Shown: piece by piece, positions 43,157-53,108 of the stretch | Position numbering within the stretch: the stretch's first letter is position 1 | Layout: each line of letters starts with the position of its first letter | Assembly: GCA_040261535.1 (NCBI GenBank) | Contig: JBDQNU010000003.1 | Location: 42,334-106,333 of the forward strand | Length of the DNA: 64,000 bases | Direction of reading: 5' to 3' | Origin: Poseidonia sp. | GTDB taxonomy: Archaea; Thermoplasmatota; Poseidoniia; Poseidoniales; Poseidoniaceae | Made by a program: the position numbers and the translations under genes | Notes under the pieces: model-generated | Database searches by the model: none | Told to the model about the DNA's origin: nothing | Seen by the model: only the letters and a program-made list of their open reading frames with translations

Positions 43157-43232
43157 GCCTTTGCGACGGTTGATTCTCCCATAATGCTTTTTCACGCCGT
43201 TCCGTGGATTGGCCCGGAGAGGCGGACATACG

Positions 43233-44591
43233 ATGGTCGGCGAACAGTGGATTGCGGGCATGGAAGCGGACCTGCCCGGCGTTGATGCTCCACCTCACCT
43301 CCAACAATGGATCAAAACCCTTCCCGACGAGTTGTGCACCATCGCCAACCGTCTGTGTTCCGAAGGTTACGGGGTCTGGTTGGTGGGCGGAGCCGTTCGT
43401 GATGCGCTGCAGGCAAAGACGGTCGAAAACACCGATATCGACCTCGCCACCTCCTGCCCTCCGGAAGAAATGCTGGCGCTGTTCGGCGACCGTGCCGTTC
43501 CGACCGGTGTTGAGTTTGGAACCGTGACCGTGAAGGGAGAGACGCAAGCATACGAGGTGACCACCCTACGTTCCGAATCGCTTTACAGAGACGGCAGGCA
43601 CCCCGAAAAGGTCGTGTGGGGGCGTTCGTTGAAAGACGATTTGAGCCGCCGAGATTTTACCATCAACAGCATGGCCGTTGACGTTGCACGCCAGCAACTC
43701 TACGACCCGTTTGAAGGCCAAAGCGACCTTGAAAAACGGTGCGTTCGAGCCGTTGGAGAAGCGATGCAGCGATGCGAAGAGGATGCATTGCGGATCCTAC
43801 GGGCCTATCGCTTCCTTTCACAAGATGCGGTTTCCCTGTGGTCGATGTCGCCTCAACTTCGTCTTGCCGTTCGCCACCACCGAGACCGACTCGCCATGGT
43901 GGCCGTGGAACGGCACTGGCGTGAAATCAGGAAGGTCTTGAAAAATCCGTTCTCAGGCGCCATCGTCTCGATGATGCAGGACGACGGTGTCTTCCCGGTC
44001 GTTTTTCCTGCATCCCGCACGATTGAGGCACCCCTACTGAGGGCCGTTGACGATGGACACCTCCGCAACCTCAGCCCGATGCAGCGACTCGCTGTTTTGT
44101 TCATCCAACAACCGACCTCCACCTTCTTGGAGGAACTGCGGAACCTACGGACCTCACGGGAAGAACAACGGGAAGCAGCCACCTTCCACGAACAACTCCA
44201 ACACCTCCCCGCTCCACTGCCGGCCTCCCTTCGGGTCTTTTCCTACGTCTTGGGACCCTCGGCAGCCTTGCACCTTGCCGCCCGGAAAGGCCTCGCAATC
44301 CACGGCGTTGAACTCCAAGCGGATACTGAAACGCCGGTTGACGTCGTGCTTGCCGCTTGGGAGGCGCTTCCGCCAAGGAAAAGTCCCGATGCGTGTCTCG
44401 TCGACGGGCATTGGCTGATGCAACGCTCTGGTATTCAACAGGGCCTTCGCTTGGGCAGGCTCAAGAATTGGCTGCACCGGTTGCAAATTGAGCACGACCT
44501 GGTTCGCGTTGAAGACATGGAACGGCATCTGAGTCAACTTCCGTTTGAACACGGTGAATGCGAGGACTGGCCGCAATTGGAATTCCCTTGA
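43233..44591 (+). CDS. cca: Class II (bacterial-type) CCA tRNA nucleotidyltransferase
   Basis: VGGAVRD..DIDLAT, EVTTLR.E..Y.DGRHP, DLSRRDFTINSMA, EDALRILRAYRF. Confidence 0.85.
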   Translation: MVGEQWIAGMEADLPGVDAPPHLQQWIKTLPDELCTIANRLCSEGYGVWLVGGAVRDALQAKTVENTDIDLATSCPPEEMLALFGDRAVPTGVEFGTVTVKGETQAYEVTTLRSESLYRDGRHPEKVVWGRSLKDDLSRRDFTINSMAVDVARQQLYDPFEGQSDLEKRCVRAVGEAMQRCEEDALRILRAYRFLSQDAVSLWSMSPQLRLAVRHHRDRLAMVAVERHWREIRKVLKNPFSGAIVSMMQDDGVFPVVFPASRTIEAPLLRAVDDGHLRNLSPMQRLAVLFIQQPTSTFLEELRNLRTSREEQREAATFHEQLQHLPAPLPASLRVFSYVLGPSAALHLAARKGLAIHGVELQADTETPVDVVLAAWEALPPRKSPDACLVDGHWLMQRSGIQQGLRLGRLKNWLHRLQIEHDLVRVEDMERHLSQLPFEHGECEDWPQLEFP

Positions 44592-44635
44592 GCGCAGGCA
44601 TCATCTTCATGACGATGAAGTCCATGGAGGGTACC

Positions 44636-45697
44636 ATGGCAGAGATTCTTTTGCCTGAGAAACAAGAATTCGAACGCCGGGTGGATGCCGTTTCGCAACG
44701 CATCTCATCCATCAGCGAAAGCAACACCATGGCGAAGTTGCTCCACTCCAATTTCACCAATTGGCTCAATTCATCCGCCGTTTCTCCCGTGAAGCTCACG
44801 CAAGACCTTGATGAAGACAAGAACGGGATGATTTCGGGGGATGAATTCGCCACGCTGCTCGGAAAGATGACCGGTGAAAAACCCCCTGAATGGGTGGTTG
44901 AGGTGGTCTTTTCGTTCGTTGAAGCCGATACGGCGAAGGGCATACCCATTGCGGACTGGATGGCCTTCCTCGCTGCGAGTGGACTTGAAGTGCCCGATTC
45001 GCTCTTTGTTGCGCCGGTGATTATCACCGGCTCGTTGTTAATTGACAAACCCGAAATTCAAGTCGGAGAAAGCGTGACCATCACGGCTTCCTTCAACGAA
45101 CCGGTCGAAGCGTATGAATTGAAAGTGACGTCCTCGCTTGGAGAAAGTGAGAACTTCGTTACTCTGCAAGCCATGATGGATTCACCAACCTTTGACGAGT
45201 TCCTCCTGGACGGCAACAACGCCGCCGATTACACCGTTGAACTCCTCCACCTGGGCGTCCGCTTGGACACCGGCTCCTTTGTCATCACCGAGGCGCCTGC
45301 GGTTGACCCCGAACCTCCGGTCGAGGAAGAAGCCCCTTCCGAAACGGAAAGCGTCGAAGCGACTGAACCCGTGCTGCCCTCGTCGCGTTCGTTTTCCGAG
45401 GTCAATGAATCGCTTGCCGCCATGCGTTTGCGCAGCGAAACGCAAGCCTACATCGCCTCTTGTGGCTCGCACGACCTTCAGTTCACGGTTCTTTCCACGG
45501 CGCGAACGTTGCTCGGGGAAGGGCCCTACAAGAACGGCACGACACTCACGTGCACGGGTGACGACGGGACGGTGTTCGAATTGATGACCGTTCAAGACGA
45601 GGGCCGGGCGTTTACAAAAGGCGAGGTTTGCAACGCTGTTGTCCAACCCTTCGCTTGGTCGGTCGCCCTTCGGCGATTGGTGTGCCTTGAACGCTGA
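44636..45697 (+). CDS. EF-hand-containing hypothetical protein
   Basis: Canonical loop DEDKNGMISGDEF; GGAGG SD before ATG. Confidence 0.65.
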   Translation: MAEILLPEKQEFERRVDAVSQRISSISESNTMAKLLHSNFTNWLNSSAVSPVKLTQDLDEDKNGMISGDEFATLLGKMTGEKPPEWVVEVVFSFVEADTAKGIPIADWMAFLAASGLEVPDSLFVAPVIITGSLLIDKPEIQVGESVTITASFNEPVEAYELKVTSSLGESENFVTLQAMMDSPTFDEFLLDGNNAADYTVELLHLGVRLDTGSFVITEAPAVDPEPPVEEEAPSETESVEATEPVLPSSRSFSEVNESLAAMRLRSETQAYIASCGSHDLQFTVLSTARTLLGEGPYKNGTTLTCTGDDGTVFELMTVQDEGRAFTKGEVCNAVVQPFAWSVALRRLVCLER

Positions 45698-46867
45698 TCA
45701 CTTCAGGGCTCGAGCGATGACGATGCGCTGAACTTCTTGCGTGCCTTCGTAGATTTGAGTGATTTTCGCATCGCGGAAAAAGCGCTCGACGGGGAATTCC
45801 TTCGTGTAGCCGTAACCGCCGAGAACCTGGATGGCTCGTTCGGAAACCCACATTGCCGTGTCGCCCGCAAAGAGTTTGGCCATGCTCGCTTCTTTGGAAT
45901 GTCGGGGGCCATCGGCATGGTAGTGCTGTTCCTTGGTCCATGCGGCTTTGTAAACCAACAACCGGGCGGCCTCAATTTGCGTGGCCATGTCGGCCAGATA
46001 AGCCATGATCATTTGGTGGTGAGCGATGGGTTTTCCGAAGGCTTCTCGCTCGTGAGCGTACTGCAAAGCCGACTCGTACGCACCCTGAGCGATGCCGAGG
46101 GCTTGGGCGGCAATCCCGATTCGGCTGTTGTCAAGCGCATTCATGGCGATGGGGAAGCCGTTTCCAACCCCCTTGATGACGTTCTCGACGGGAACCTTGC
46201 AGTCGTTGAGAACGAGGGTGCACGTATCGGATGAACGAATCCCGAGTTTGTCTTCTTTCTTTCCAACCGAAAAGCCCTCAAAGTCAGCGTCAACGATGAA
46301 CGCCGTTGTACCGCCGTGCTTCTTGGTGCCGTAATCGGGGTGGTCCACATCTTTGGCGAACAGCACGAGAATGTTGGCTTGGGCACCGTTGGTGACCCAC
46401 ATTTTTTCGCCGTTGAGCAGGTAGTGACGGCCGTCCTCGGAAAGCTTGGCTTTGCAAACCATGGCGGCTGCATCGGTCCCGGCTCCGGATTCAGAAAGCG
46501 AGTACGCGCCGACTTCTCCAGCAGCGAGGCGAGGCAGGTAGGTGCTCTTTTGGTGTTCGTCGCCGTGCAGGGCGATGGTCATGGAGCACAAACCAACGTG
46601 AACGCAAAACATCACGGCAAAGGAAGGGTCAACGCGAGCCAACTCCTCGATGATGATGGCTTCGGACACGTCATCGATGGGGGAGCCCCCGTAGGCCTCG
46701 GGTATGGTGATGCCGTGGAGACCGTATTCGAGGAAGGCTTCCCATTCCTGTGAAGGCGGAATTTGGTTTTGGTCGCGGTGCTCAACCGTCGGAGCAAGCA
46801 CCGTTTCTGCAAAGTCTCGAACCAGTTCGCGAATCATTTGCTGTTCGTCGGTTTCGCCAAAAATCAT
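45698..46867 (-). CDS. Acyl-CoA dehydrogenase
   Basis: SLSESGAGTD, NGEKMWVTNG, KLGIRS, QVLGGYGY, IYEGT. Confidence 0.93.
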   Translation of the reverse strand: MIFGETDEQQMIRELVRDFAETVLAPTVEHRDQNQIPPSQEWEAFLEYGLHGITIPEAYGGSPIDDVSEAIIIEELARVDPSFAVMFCVHVGLCSMTIALHGDEHQKSTYLPRLAAGEVGAYSLSESGAGTDAAAMVCKAKLSEDGRHYLLNGEKMWVTNGAQANILVLFAKDVDHPDYGTKKHGGTTAFIVDADFEGFSVGKKEDKLGIRSSDTCTLVLNDCKVPVENVIKGVGNGFPIAMNALDNSRIGIAAQALGIAQGAYESALQYAHEREAFGKPIAHHQMIMAYLADMATQIEAARLLVYKAAWTKEQHYHADGPRHSKEASMAKLFAGDTAMWVSERAIQVLGGYGYTKEFPVERFFRDAKITQIYEGTQEVQRIVIARALK

Positions 46868-46985
46868 GCGCTCACTAACCTGCCCACATCGGGGAGTTTC
46901 TTAATCCGTTGGTTCGCTCAAAAAAACACTTTCATCCTCAGCCTTCATATACCACCTGTGGAAGCCGCGATTACGAGGGAGACCT

Positions 46986-47411
46986 ATGGACGATGACATC
47001 GTTGAATTCGTGATTGCCCAAGACCGAAAATACTCCATGGACCACTTGTGGTTTCAGCAAAAAGAACAGAAATTGATGATCGGCGTCAGCGAGTTCATGC
47101 GTGTCGAGATCGGCGATGTCCTGCGGGTGATTCTGCCCCAAGCCGAAACCGAAGTGGACGAAGGCGGGAGCCTCTTTTCGCTCTGGAGCGCCGATGAGAA
47201 AGTCTCGCTCACCTCACCATTTTCGGGCGTCATCTCCGACGTGAACGGCGAGGTGGAGATCAACCCGGATCTCGTCAATGAATCCGCTTACAACGACGGA
47301 TGGATCATCCTGTTCGAACCGCACGACCTCCAAATCAATCCCGAGGACAAACAGTTGCTTGAAAATCTCATGGAACACGACGAATACGTTGAGTACCTCG
47401 CCGAGTTGTGA
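46986..47411 (+). CDS. Glycine cleavage H-protein-like, lipoyl Lys apparently absent
   Basis: YSMDHLW, IGVS, SPFSG, VN, PDLVN..AY..GWI. Confidence 0.8.
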   Translation: MDDDIVEFVIAQDRKYSMDHLWFQQKEQKLMIGVSEFMRVEIGDVLRVILPQAETEVDEGGSLFSLWSADEKVSLTSPFSGVISDVNGEVEINPDLVNESAYNDGWIILFEPHDLQINPEDKQLLENLMEHDEYVEYLAEL

Positions 47412-47474
47412 GGCTCTGGCAAGGCCCATTGAGGCCGACTCAAGAATGATTAACTCACACCGGTAGCGAATCGC

Positions 47475-48068
47475 ATGAGCGACGCCATGCAACAACTGCG
47501 GGACAGTCTCCAAGCCGCACCCGTCATTTGGAAGGGAGCGTACCCCTACTTCATCCACCCCATCACCGACGGCGTCCCCCGAATGCATCCCGACGTGCTG
47601 ACCTCCATCATCGAGTTGGTCGTTGAACGCGTCGATTGGAGCGAGGTCGATGTCCTGTTGGGAATTGAAGCCATGGGGTTGCCGCTCACCGCTCCTCTGA
47701 GCATGGCCACGGGGATTCCCCTCGTTATCGCAAGAAAGCGGTCCTACGGTTTGGAAGGGGAGGTCGAAATCGACCAGGCCACCGGCTACTCAAAGGGCGA
47801 GATGTACCTCAACGACCTCGGTGACGGAGAGCGCATCGCCATTCTCGATGACGTGCTTTCGACGGGAGGCACCTTGGAAGCGGTCGTGGAAGGCGTTCGG
47901 CGAGCGGGTGCCGAGGTCACGAACATCGTGGCCGTGGTTGAGAAAGGAGGCGGTTTGCGCCGATTGCAAGGGAAATATCCCGACATCAACATCCAATCGC
48001 TGGTCCGTTTGGAGATGGACGGGGACAAAGTCGTGCTGCTCGACGAGGCCGAAGACCGCCTTCTTTGA
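47475..48068 (+). CDS. hpt: Purine phosphoribosyltransferase (archaeal Hpt/Apt family)
   Basis: YPYFIHPITDGVP, EAMG, ARKR, ILDDVLSTGGT. Confidence 0.88.
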   Translation: MSDAMQQLRDSLQAAPVIWKGAYPYFIHPITDGVPRMHPDVLTSIIELVVERVDWSEVDVLLGIEAMGLPLTAPLSMATGIPLVIARKRSYGLEGEVEIDQATGYSKGEMYLNDLGDGERIAILDDVLSTGGTLEAVVEGVRRAGAEVTNIVAVVEKGGGLRRLQGKYPDINIQSLVRLEMDGDKVVLLDEAEDRLL

Positions 48069-48171
48069 GAATTTCCAATCCGCCATCGACCGCAGGGAGG
48101 GATTCCCCCCTCCTTCACGAGAACGGGTGGCTTCATGAGGGGGTGGCCCCGCCGTCAAGGTGAGGGGAAGC

Positions 48172-49281
48172 ATGGATCTTGACCGTCACGACTTCGAACT
48201 CGAGGAGTTGATGGAACGCATTCGTTCCAACGACAACCGACTCATCGCCCTCCAAGTGCCCGAAGGGCTCAAGATGCAAGCCCTGGAGATGATGGACACC
48301 ATCGAGACCGAAACCAGCGCTCAAGTGGTTCTGGCTGCCGACCCTTGTTACGGTGCGTGCGACCTCGTTCACGACAAAATGAAACTAATGGGCGTGGAAT
48401 TGGTTGCTCACATGGGTCACTCCCAAATGAACATCGATTCCGGCATGCCCACGCAATTCATCAACGTCACCTACGACGGCGACCCCGAACTCTCGCCGGT
48501 CCTTCCCTGGCTTGAACAGCACCGCAGTATGGCGAAACAACGCTTGGCCACTCAAGACGAGGCATCGCCCCTAAGCGAGGCCGAAGCTCAAGAGAAATTC
48601 ATGGACGCTGTGGGTCGGATGGCCCCGCTCACGGACACCAAACTCGGCTTGGTCGGCTCCATCCAACATTTGCATCTCCTTCCCGAGTTTCACGACCGTC
48701 TGGAAAAAGCGGGCTTTGATGTCACCGTACCCATCGGTGGTGCTCGACTCTCGTTCCCCGGCCAGGTCCTCGGTTGCAATTACTCCGGAGACGACGCTTC
48801 TATAGGACACTATTTGTTCCTTGGGAGCGGCGATTTTCACCCGATCGGTTTGGTATTGCATACCGGAAAACCGTTGGCGATGCTCGACCCGTACACCGGC
48901 GACGCGGAGGAAATGTCGTTGGAGCGCATCGAGCGCATCCTGCGCCAGCGCTTTGGCCTCATCATGAGCGTCCAAGACGCTTCCACCTTCGGCATTCTCA
49001 TCGGCGAAAAGCCCGGACAAATGCGTCGCACCCTCGCTCTTCGCATGAAGCGGATGCTTGCAAAACACGGCAAGAAAGGGTACCTGCTCGCCTTGGAGCA
49101 CGTTGGTCCAGAGCTCATCGACTTCTATCCCGTTGACGCCTTTGTCAACACCGCCTGCCCGCGCATCGCCATCGACGACGCCGTCAAGTACCGCAAACCG
49201 CTCATCACGCCGTTTGAACTTGAGGTGGCGCTGGGCGAGAAGAAATGGGAAACCGGTTACCAGTTCGACGAAATCCCCTGA
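48172..49281 (+). CDS. dph2: Diphthamide biosynthesis radical enzyme Dph2
   Basis: LQVPEGL, CYGACD, HMGH, QVLGC, TACPR. Confidence 0.92.
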   Translation: MDLDRHDFELEELMERIRSNDNRLIALQVPEGLKMQALEMMDTIETETSAQVVLAADPCYGACDLVHDKMKLMGVELVAHMGHSQMNIDSGMPTQFINVTYDGDPELSPVLPWLEQHRSMAKQRLATQDEASPLSEAEAQEKFMDAVGRMAPLTDTKLGLVGSIQHLHLLPEFHDRLEKAGFDVTVPIGGARLSFPGQVLGCNYSGDDASIGHYLFLGSGDFHPIGLVLHTGKPLAMLDPYTGDAEEMSLERIERILRQRFGLIMSVQDASTFGILIGEKPGQMRRTLALRMKRMLAKHGKKGYLLALEHVGPELIDFYPVDAFVNTACPRIAIDDAVKYRKPLITPFELEVALGEKKWETGYQFDEIP

Positions 49282-49370
49282 TTGGTGTACGTCTCCTGTG
49301 AAAAAAGCCGCACAATGGCCCAACAGCCTACCACATCTTTTAGAACGGTTGACATCAGCATTCCCTTGAT

Positions 49371-50576
49371 ATGACGGGCTACTTGGACCGGATTGGCGCT
49401 GGGCTCATCATCGCCCATCCTGAAATTCTGGATTTTGACCACCTCCCCGAAGAACTCGTGGGTCGAGAAGACCTTCAGGAAGCCTTGGCCTCCAAATTCA
49501 CGACCGTTGGCTCGCCCGAAGGCGCCGCCCGAGCCGTCATCACGGGTCCGGTGGGGAGCGGGAAAACCGTGCTCGCCAAGACCTTCTGCCGTGACCTCCG
49601 AAGGCACCTCTCGGGCAAGCGAGAGATCAACGTCGCCCACGTCAATTGTCGAAACGCCTCCACCAGCATGCGGGTTGCTCAGCGCATCCTCCACCAATTT
49701 GACCCGGGTCATCCCGACCGTGGCTTATCGATGGGCGAACTGTTGATGAGTCTGCGGAAGATGTTGCGCCGTACATCCACGCACCTCATCGTTGTCCTCG
49801 ATGAGGTGGACCACATGCTCCGACGTTCAGGTGACGAACTGCTCTACCAACTGCTTCGCATTGATGAGGACCAAGAAGGAAAAGGCACGGTATCCCTCAT
49901 TCTCGTTAGCCAAGAACAGGTCCTGGACGTGCTTGAGACGGCGGTTCTGTCAAAGTTCGGCCAATCAAATCACATCCGAGTTCCGCCCTACACCGTCGAC
50001 GGCCTCGAGGCCATTGCACGTCAACGGGCGGAATTGGCCTTGGTGCCTGGAACCTGGAACAATGGAATCCTTCGTTTGGTGGCCGAGCGAGCGGGAAACA
50101 GCGGCGATGCTCGTCGGGTGATTGAGTACTTGAGCAGCGCCGCCGAGCGTGCTGAATTTCGCCAAGACGGTCATTCGGAACAGGCCATCACCGTCGATGA
50201 CCTCCATGTCGTGAACGACGAATTGGCGACAAACACAAAGCAGCGGTTGGAGATTGTTGACGAACTGTCGGCCCAAGGAATGCTGGTTCTCTTGGCGATG
50301 TGTCGTCGGCTACGAACCGAGGAATCCATGACCATGGGCGACGTGGAGCGCCTCTACAACGTGGTTTGCGAAGAATACGAACAGCGTCCGAAGAGCCACA
50401 CGACGCTCTGGAAACACGTCAAAAATATCGAGCAAGAAGGCATCGTGGCCAGCCGAGTGGCCACCGTCCCCGGCGGCCGAGGTCGCACGACCCATCTGAG
50501 CATGCCGCATTTCCTCCCTGCAGACTTGGCTCAGCGGCTTGAATTGCTTCTTCCAAAGCGACTGGCCCGTCGTTGA
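49371..50576 (+). CDS. cdc6: Orc1/Cdc6 replication initiator
   Basis: P..LVGRE, GPVGSGKT, VNC, LDEVD, PY, GDAR, C-terminal WH with GRGRT. Confidence 0.92.
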   Translation: MTGYLDRIGAGLIIAHPEILDFDHLPEELVGREDLQEALASKFTTVGSPEGAARAVITGPVGSGKTVLAKTFCRDLRRHLSGKREINVAHVNCRNASTSMRVAQRILHQFDPGHPDRGLSMGELLMSLRKMLRRTSTHLIVVLDEVDHMLRRSGDELLYQLLRIDEDQEGKGTVSLILVSQEQVLDVLETAVLSKFGQSNHIRVPPYTVDGLEAIARQRAELALVPGTWNNGILRLVAERAGNSGDARRVIEYLSSAAERAEFRQDGHSEQAITVDDLHVVNDELATNTKQRLEIVDELSAQGMLVLLAMCRRLRTEESMTMGDVERLYNVVCEEYEQRPKSHTTLWKHVKNIEQEGIVASRVATVPGGRGRTTHLSMPHFLPADLAQRLELLLPKRLARR

Positions 50577-50643
50577 ACTTCAGTGCATAGACGATGGGGC
50601 TAAATACGGGTCATGAGTCGGACAAATCCCAAGAGGTGCTCTC

Positions 50644-51132
50644 ATGGCTGGCAACGATTCAGAATTTATCGCAGTGGTCAACGATACCGACCCGATGAAC
50701 GGCGGGAAATCCTACGCCCTCAAAATCACAGGAAACAACCACGCTCAAATGCTCGGAAAGCGCATTGGCGATGTGGTTGACGGTTTGTTCGTCGGCGAAG
50801 GCGACAAGACCCTCAGCGGTTACAAACTCGAAATCACGGGCGGCTCCGACAAGACCGGCACCCCCATGCGTCGAGACCTTGAAGGCGGCAACCGTCAGTC
50901 CATCCTCGTGACCCAGTCAACGGGTTACAAGGGTCAAGTCGTCGTTCACAAGGAAAAAGGAGGCGGCAAGAAGCGTTTCCGATACAAGCCCGACGGCCTG
51001 CGCAAGCGACGAAACTTCCGCGGCAACACCATCACCCAAGACACCCGCCAAATCAACCTCCGGGTTGTCGAGGCCGGAAAGAAACCACTCGAAACCATCC
51101 TCTCAGCAGAGGCTGAGGAATCTTCGGAGTGA
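50644..51132 (+). CDS. rps6e: 30S ribosomal protein S6e
   Basis: GKRIGD, GYKLEITGGSDKTGTPMR, RKRR..RGN..QIN. Confidence 0.95.
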   Translation: MAGNDSEFIAVVNDTDPMNGGKSYALKITGNNHAQMLGKRIGDVVDGLFVGEGDKTLSGYKLEITGGSDKTGTPMRRDLEGGNRQSILVTQSTGYKGQVVVHKEKGGGKKRFRYKPDGLRKRRNFRGNTITQDTRQINLRVVEAGKKPLETILSAEAEESSE

Positions 51133-51174
51133 ACCCGAGAGGGCGTTCGACGGGCATGAAGGAGAGAGGGAAGC

Positions 51175-52413
51175 ATGGCACGAAAGCTTCCCGCTCAACC
51201 CGAAGTGAACATCGGCCTTGTCGGTCACGTTGACCACGGAAAAACAACGCTCACGCAGGCGCTTTCTGGCGTGTGGACCGATACCCACTCCGAGGAGCGC
51301 AAGCGAGGAATTTCGATCAAACTCGGTTACGCTGACACGGCCTTCTACCAAGACGACCAAGGGCAGTTTTACGCCACCGGAAAACGACCCGATGGAGGCG
51401 AGGATATTGAAGGCGAGTTGAAGCGTGTAGTTTCCTTCGTTGACGCACCCGGGCACGAGACCCTCATGGCCATCATGATCACCGGTGCCTCCATCATGGA
51501 CGGAGCAATGTTGATGGTGGCGGCCAACGAAACCTGCCCGCAGCCTCAAACTCGAGAGCATTTGATGGCGCTTGAAATCGCCGGCATTGAGAACATCGTG
51601 ATCGTTCAGAATAAAATCGACCTCGTGTCCAAAGAACGAGCGCTTGAATCCCACAAGGAGATCAAAGCCTTCCTCAAGGGGACCATCGCAGAAAACGCCC
51701 CCGTCATCCCTGTTTCCGCTCATCACGATGTGAACCTGGACGTGTTGATTCAGGCGATTGAAGCCACCATTCCAACACCTGACCGTTCAAAGGACAAGCG
51801 CTCGATCATGCACGTTGCCCGTTCCTTTGACATCAACCGACCCGGTACCCGGCCTTCAAAACTCAAAGGCGGCGTGATTGGAGGAAGCATCGTTGAAGGG
51901 GAATTCAACGAAGGCGACACCGTCGTGATTGGACCGGGACGGAAAATCGAGAAAGGCAACAAGGCCACGTGGGAACCGATCGAAGCCGTCGTCAGCAGCA
52001 TGCAAGGTGGAGGTCTGAGCCTCAAAAAAATGCATGCTGGAGGCTTGTGCGGCATGGCCACCTACCTTGACCCCTCCATCACCACCTCGGACAACCTCTC
52101 CGGGCAAGTCGTTGCCCGAAAAGGCGACCTCCCTGAAATCCACTCTTCGGTGGCCATCAGCGTCAATCTGATGAGCCATATGGTGGCCGGTGACGGCGAA
52201 TCGCCCGAGAAAATCCAACCTCTGCGCAACAACGAGATGTTGATGCTCAACGTGGCCACAGCGACGTCCGTTGGCGTGACGAAAAACGCTGAGAAGACGC
52301 GAACCGACCTCGAACTTCGCCTTCCAATCTGCGCCGACAAAGGGCAGCGCATTTCGCTCTCGCGTCGTATCGGATCCCGCTGGCGACTGATTGGCTACGG
52401 CACCATCGAATGA
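51175..52413 (+). CDS. eif2g: Translation initiation factor 2 gamma subunit
   Basis: QPEVNIGLVGHVDHGKT, RGISIKLGY, DAPGHE, QNKID, RWRLIG. Confidence 0.97.
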   Translation: MARKLPAQPEVNIGLVGHVDHGKTTLTQALSGVWTDTHSEERKRGISIKLGYADTAFYQDDQGQFYATGKRPDGGEDIEGELKRVVSFVDAPGHETLMAIMITGASIMDGAMLMVAANETCPQPQTREHLMALEIAGIENIVIVQNKIDLVSKERALESHKEIKAFLKGTIAENAPVIPVSAHHDVNLDVLIQAIEATIPTPDRSKDKRSIMHVARSFDINRPGTRPSKLKGGVIGGSIVEGEFNEGDTVVIGPGRKIEKGNKATWEPIEAVVSSMQGGGLSLKKMHAGGLCGMATYLDPSITTSDNLSGQVVARKGDLPEIHSSVAISVNLMSHMVAGDGESPEKIQPLRNNEMLMLNVATATSVGVTKNAEKTRTDLELRLPICADKGQRISLSRRIGSRWRLIGYGTIE

Positions 52414-52425
52414 GAGGTCGGTGCG

Positions 52426-52803
52426 ATGCAGCCCGTCCTCATCGACGCTTGCGGCTGGGTCGCTTGCATGGACGCTCGGCTGAACGTCGAACAAGAGTTG
52501 GAGGCCCTGCTCGGCCCTTGTTCATGGACCGTCATCCCGTCGGTGATGCAGGAATTGGAACGCCTTGAGCCCCAACGCCCTCGCTCAAAACCCCTCTTGC
52601 TCGGTTTGCTCGAACAAAAAGCAACCTTGGTGGAGGCGCCGTTTGACGGACACACCGACAACCAACTTCTCTCCCTGGCCAGCGAGGAAGGGTGGCCCGT
52701 CCTCACCGTTGACACCGAGCTCAAGCGACGCTTGTTTGAAGCCAACGTACCGGTGGTCGAGGTCAAACAAAACAACCGACTGGCCCTCATCGAGGCCCTT
52801 TGA
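52426..52803 (+). CDS. PIN-domain nuclease (Fcf1/Utp24-like)
   Basis: LID, V..EL, TD, LTVD.ELK; conserved position after eif2g. Confidence 0.8.
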   Translation: MQPVLIDACGWVACMDARLNVEQELEALLGPCSWTVIPSVMQELERLEPQRPRSKPLLLGLLEQKATLVEAPFDGHTDNQLLSLASEEGWPVLTVDTELKRRLFEANVPVVEVKQNNRLALIEAL

Positions 52804-52808
52804 GGGCA

Positions 52809-53108
52809 TCAAGGAAGGGTGAACAACACATCGTCGCCGTGACCGTCGAGCCAACCGATCTTGACGCCTGCATCGATCCATGCGTGTGCATAATTGATGG
52901 CTCCAAAGGCTCGAACGAGGTCACCGATTTCGAGAAAGTGGCGGGCATCCGCTGCGTAATCATCGGCCATACGAAGCATCACGGTCAATTTCTGACCTTC
53001 TTCCGTTGATTCATCAACCGTTCGTGTGGCCTTCTGACGGGCTCGACGGGTGATATCGAGGTAGTGTTCCACCCGTTCAACCGTGAGGCTGGTGAGTTCC
53101 GACATCAC
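52809..53108 (-). CDS. DUF357 family protein
   Basis: MA..Y..DA.HF...GD...AF.AINYAHAWIDAG..G. Confidence 0.88.
   Translation of the reverse strand: MMSELTSLTVERVEHYLDITRRARQKATRTVDESTEEGQKLTVMLRMADDYAADARHFLEIGDLVRAFGAINYAHAWIDAGVKIGWLDGHGDDVLFTLP

Noticed and set aside
48069-48160. Possible ncRNA or tRNA in the hpt-dph2 gap (GGGAGGG..CCCCCTCC stem)
   Set aside because: No cloverleaf or T-loop; a single GC stem is unremarkable at this GC content.
52426-53108. PIN toxin-antitoxin pair
   Set aside because: The PIN gene is the conserved Fcf1-like gene of the rps6e-eif2g operon, and DUF357 is convergent, not an upstream antitoxin.
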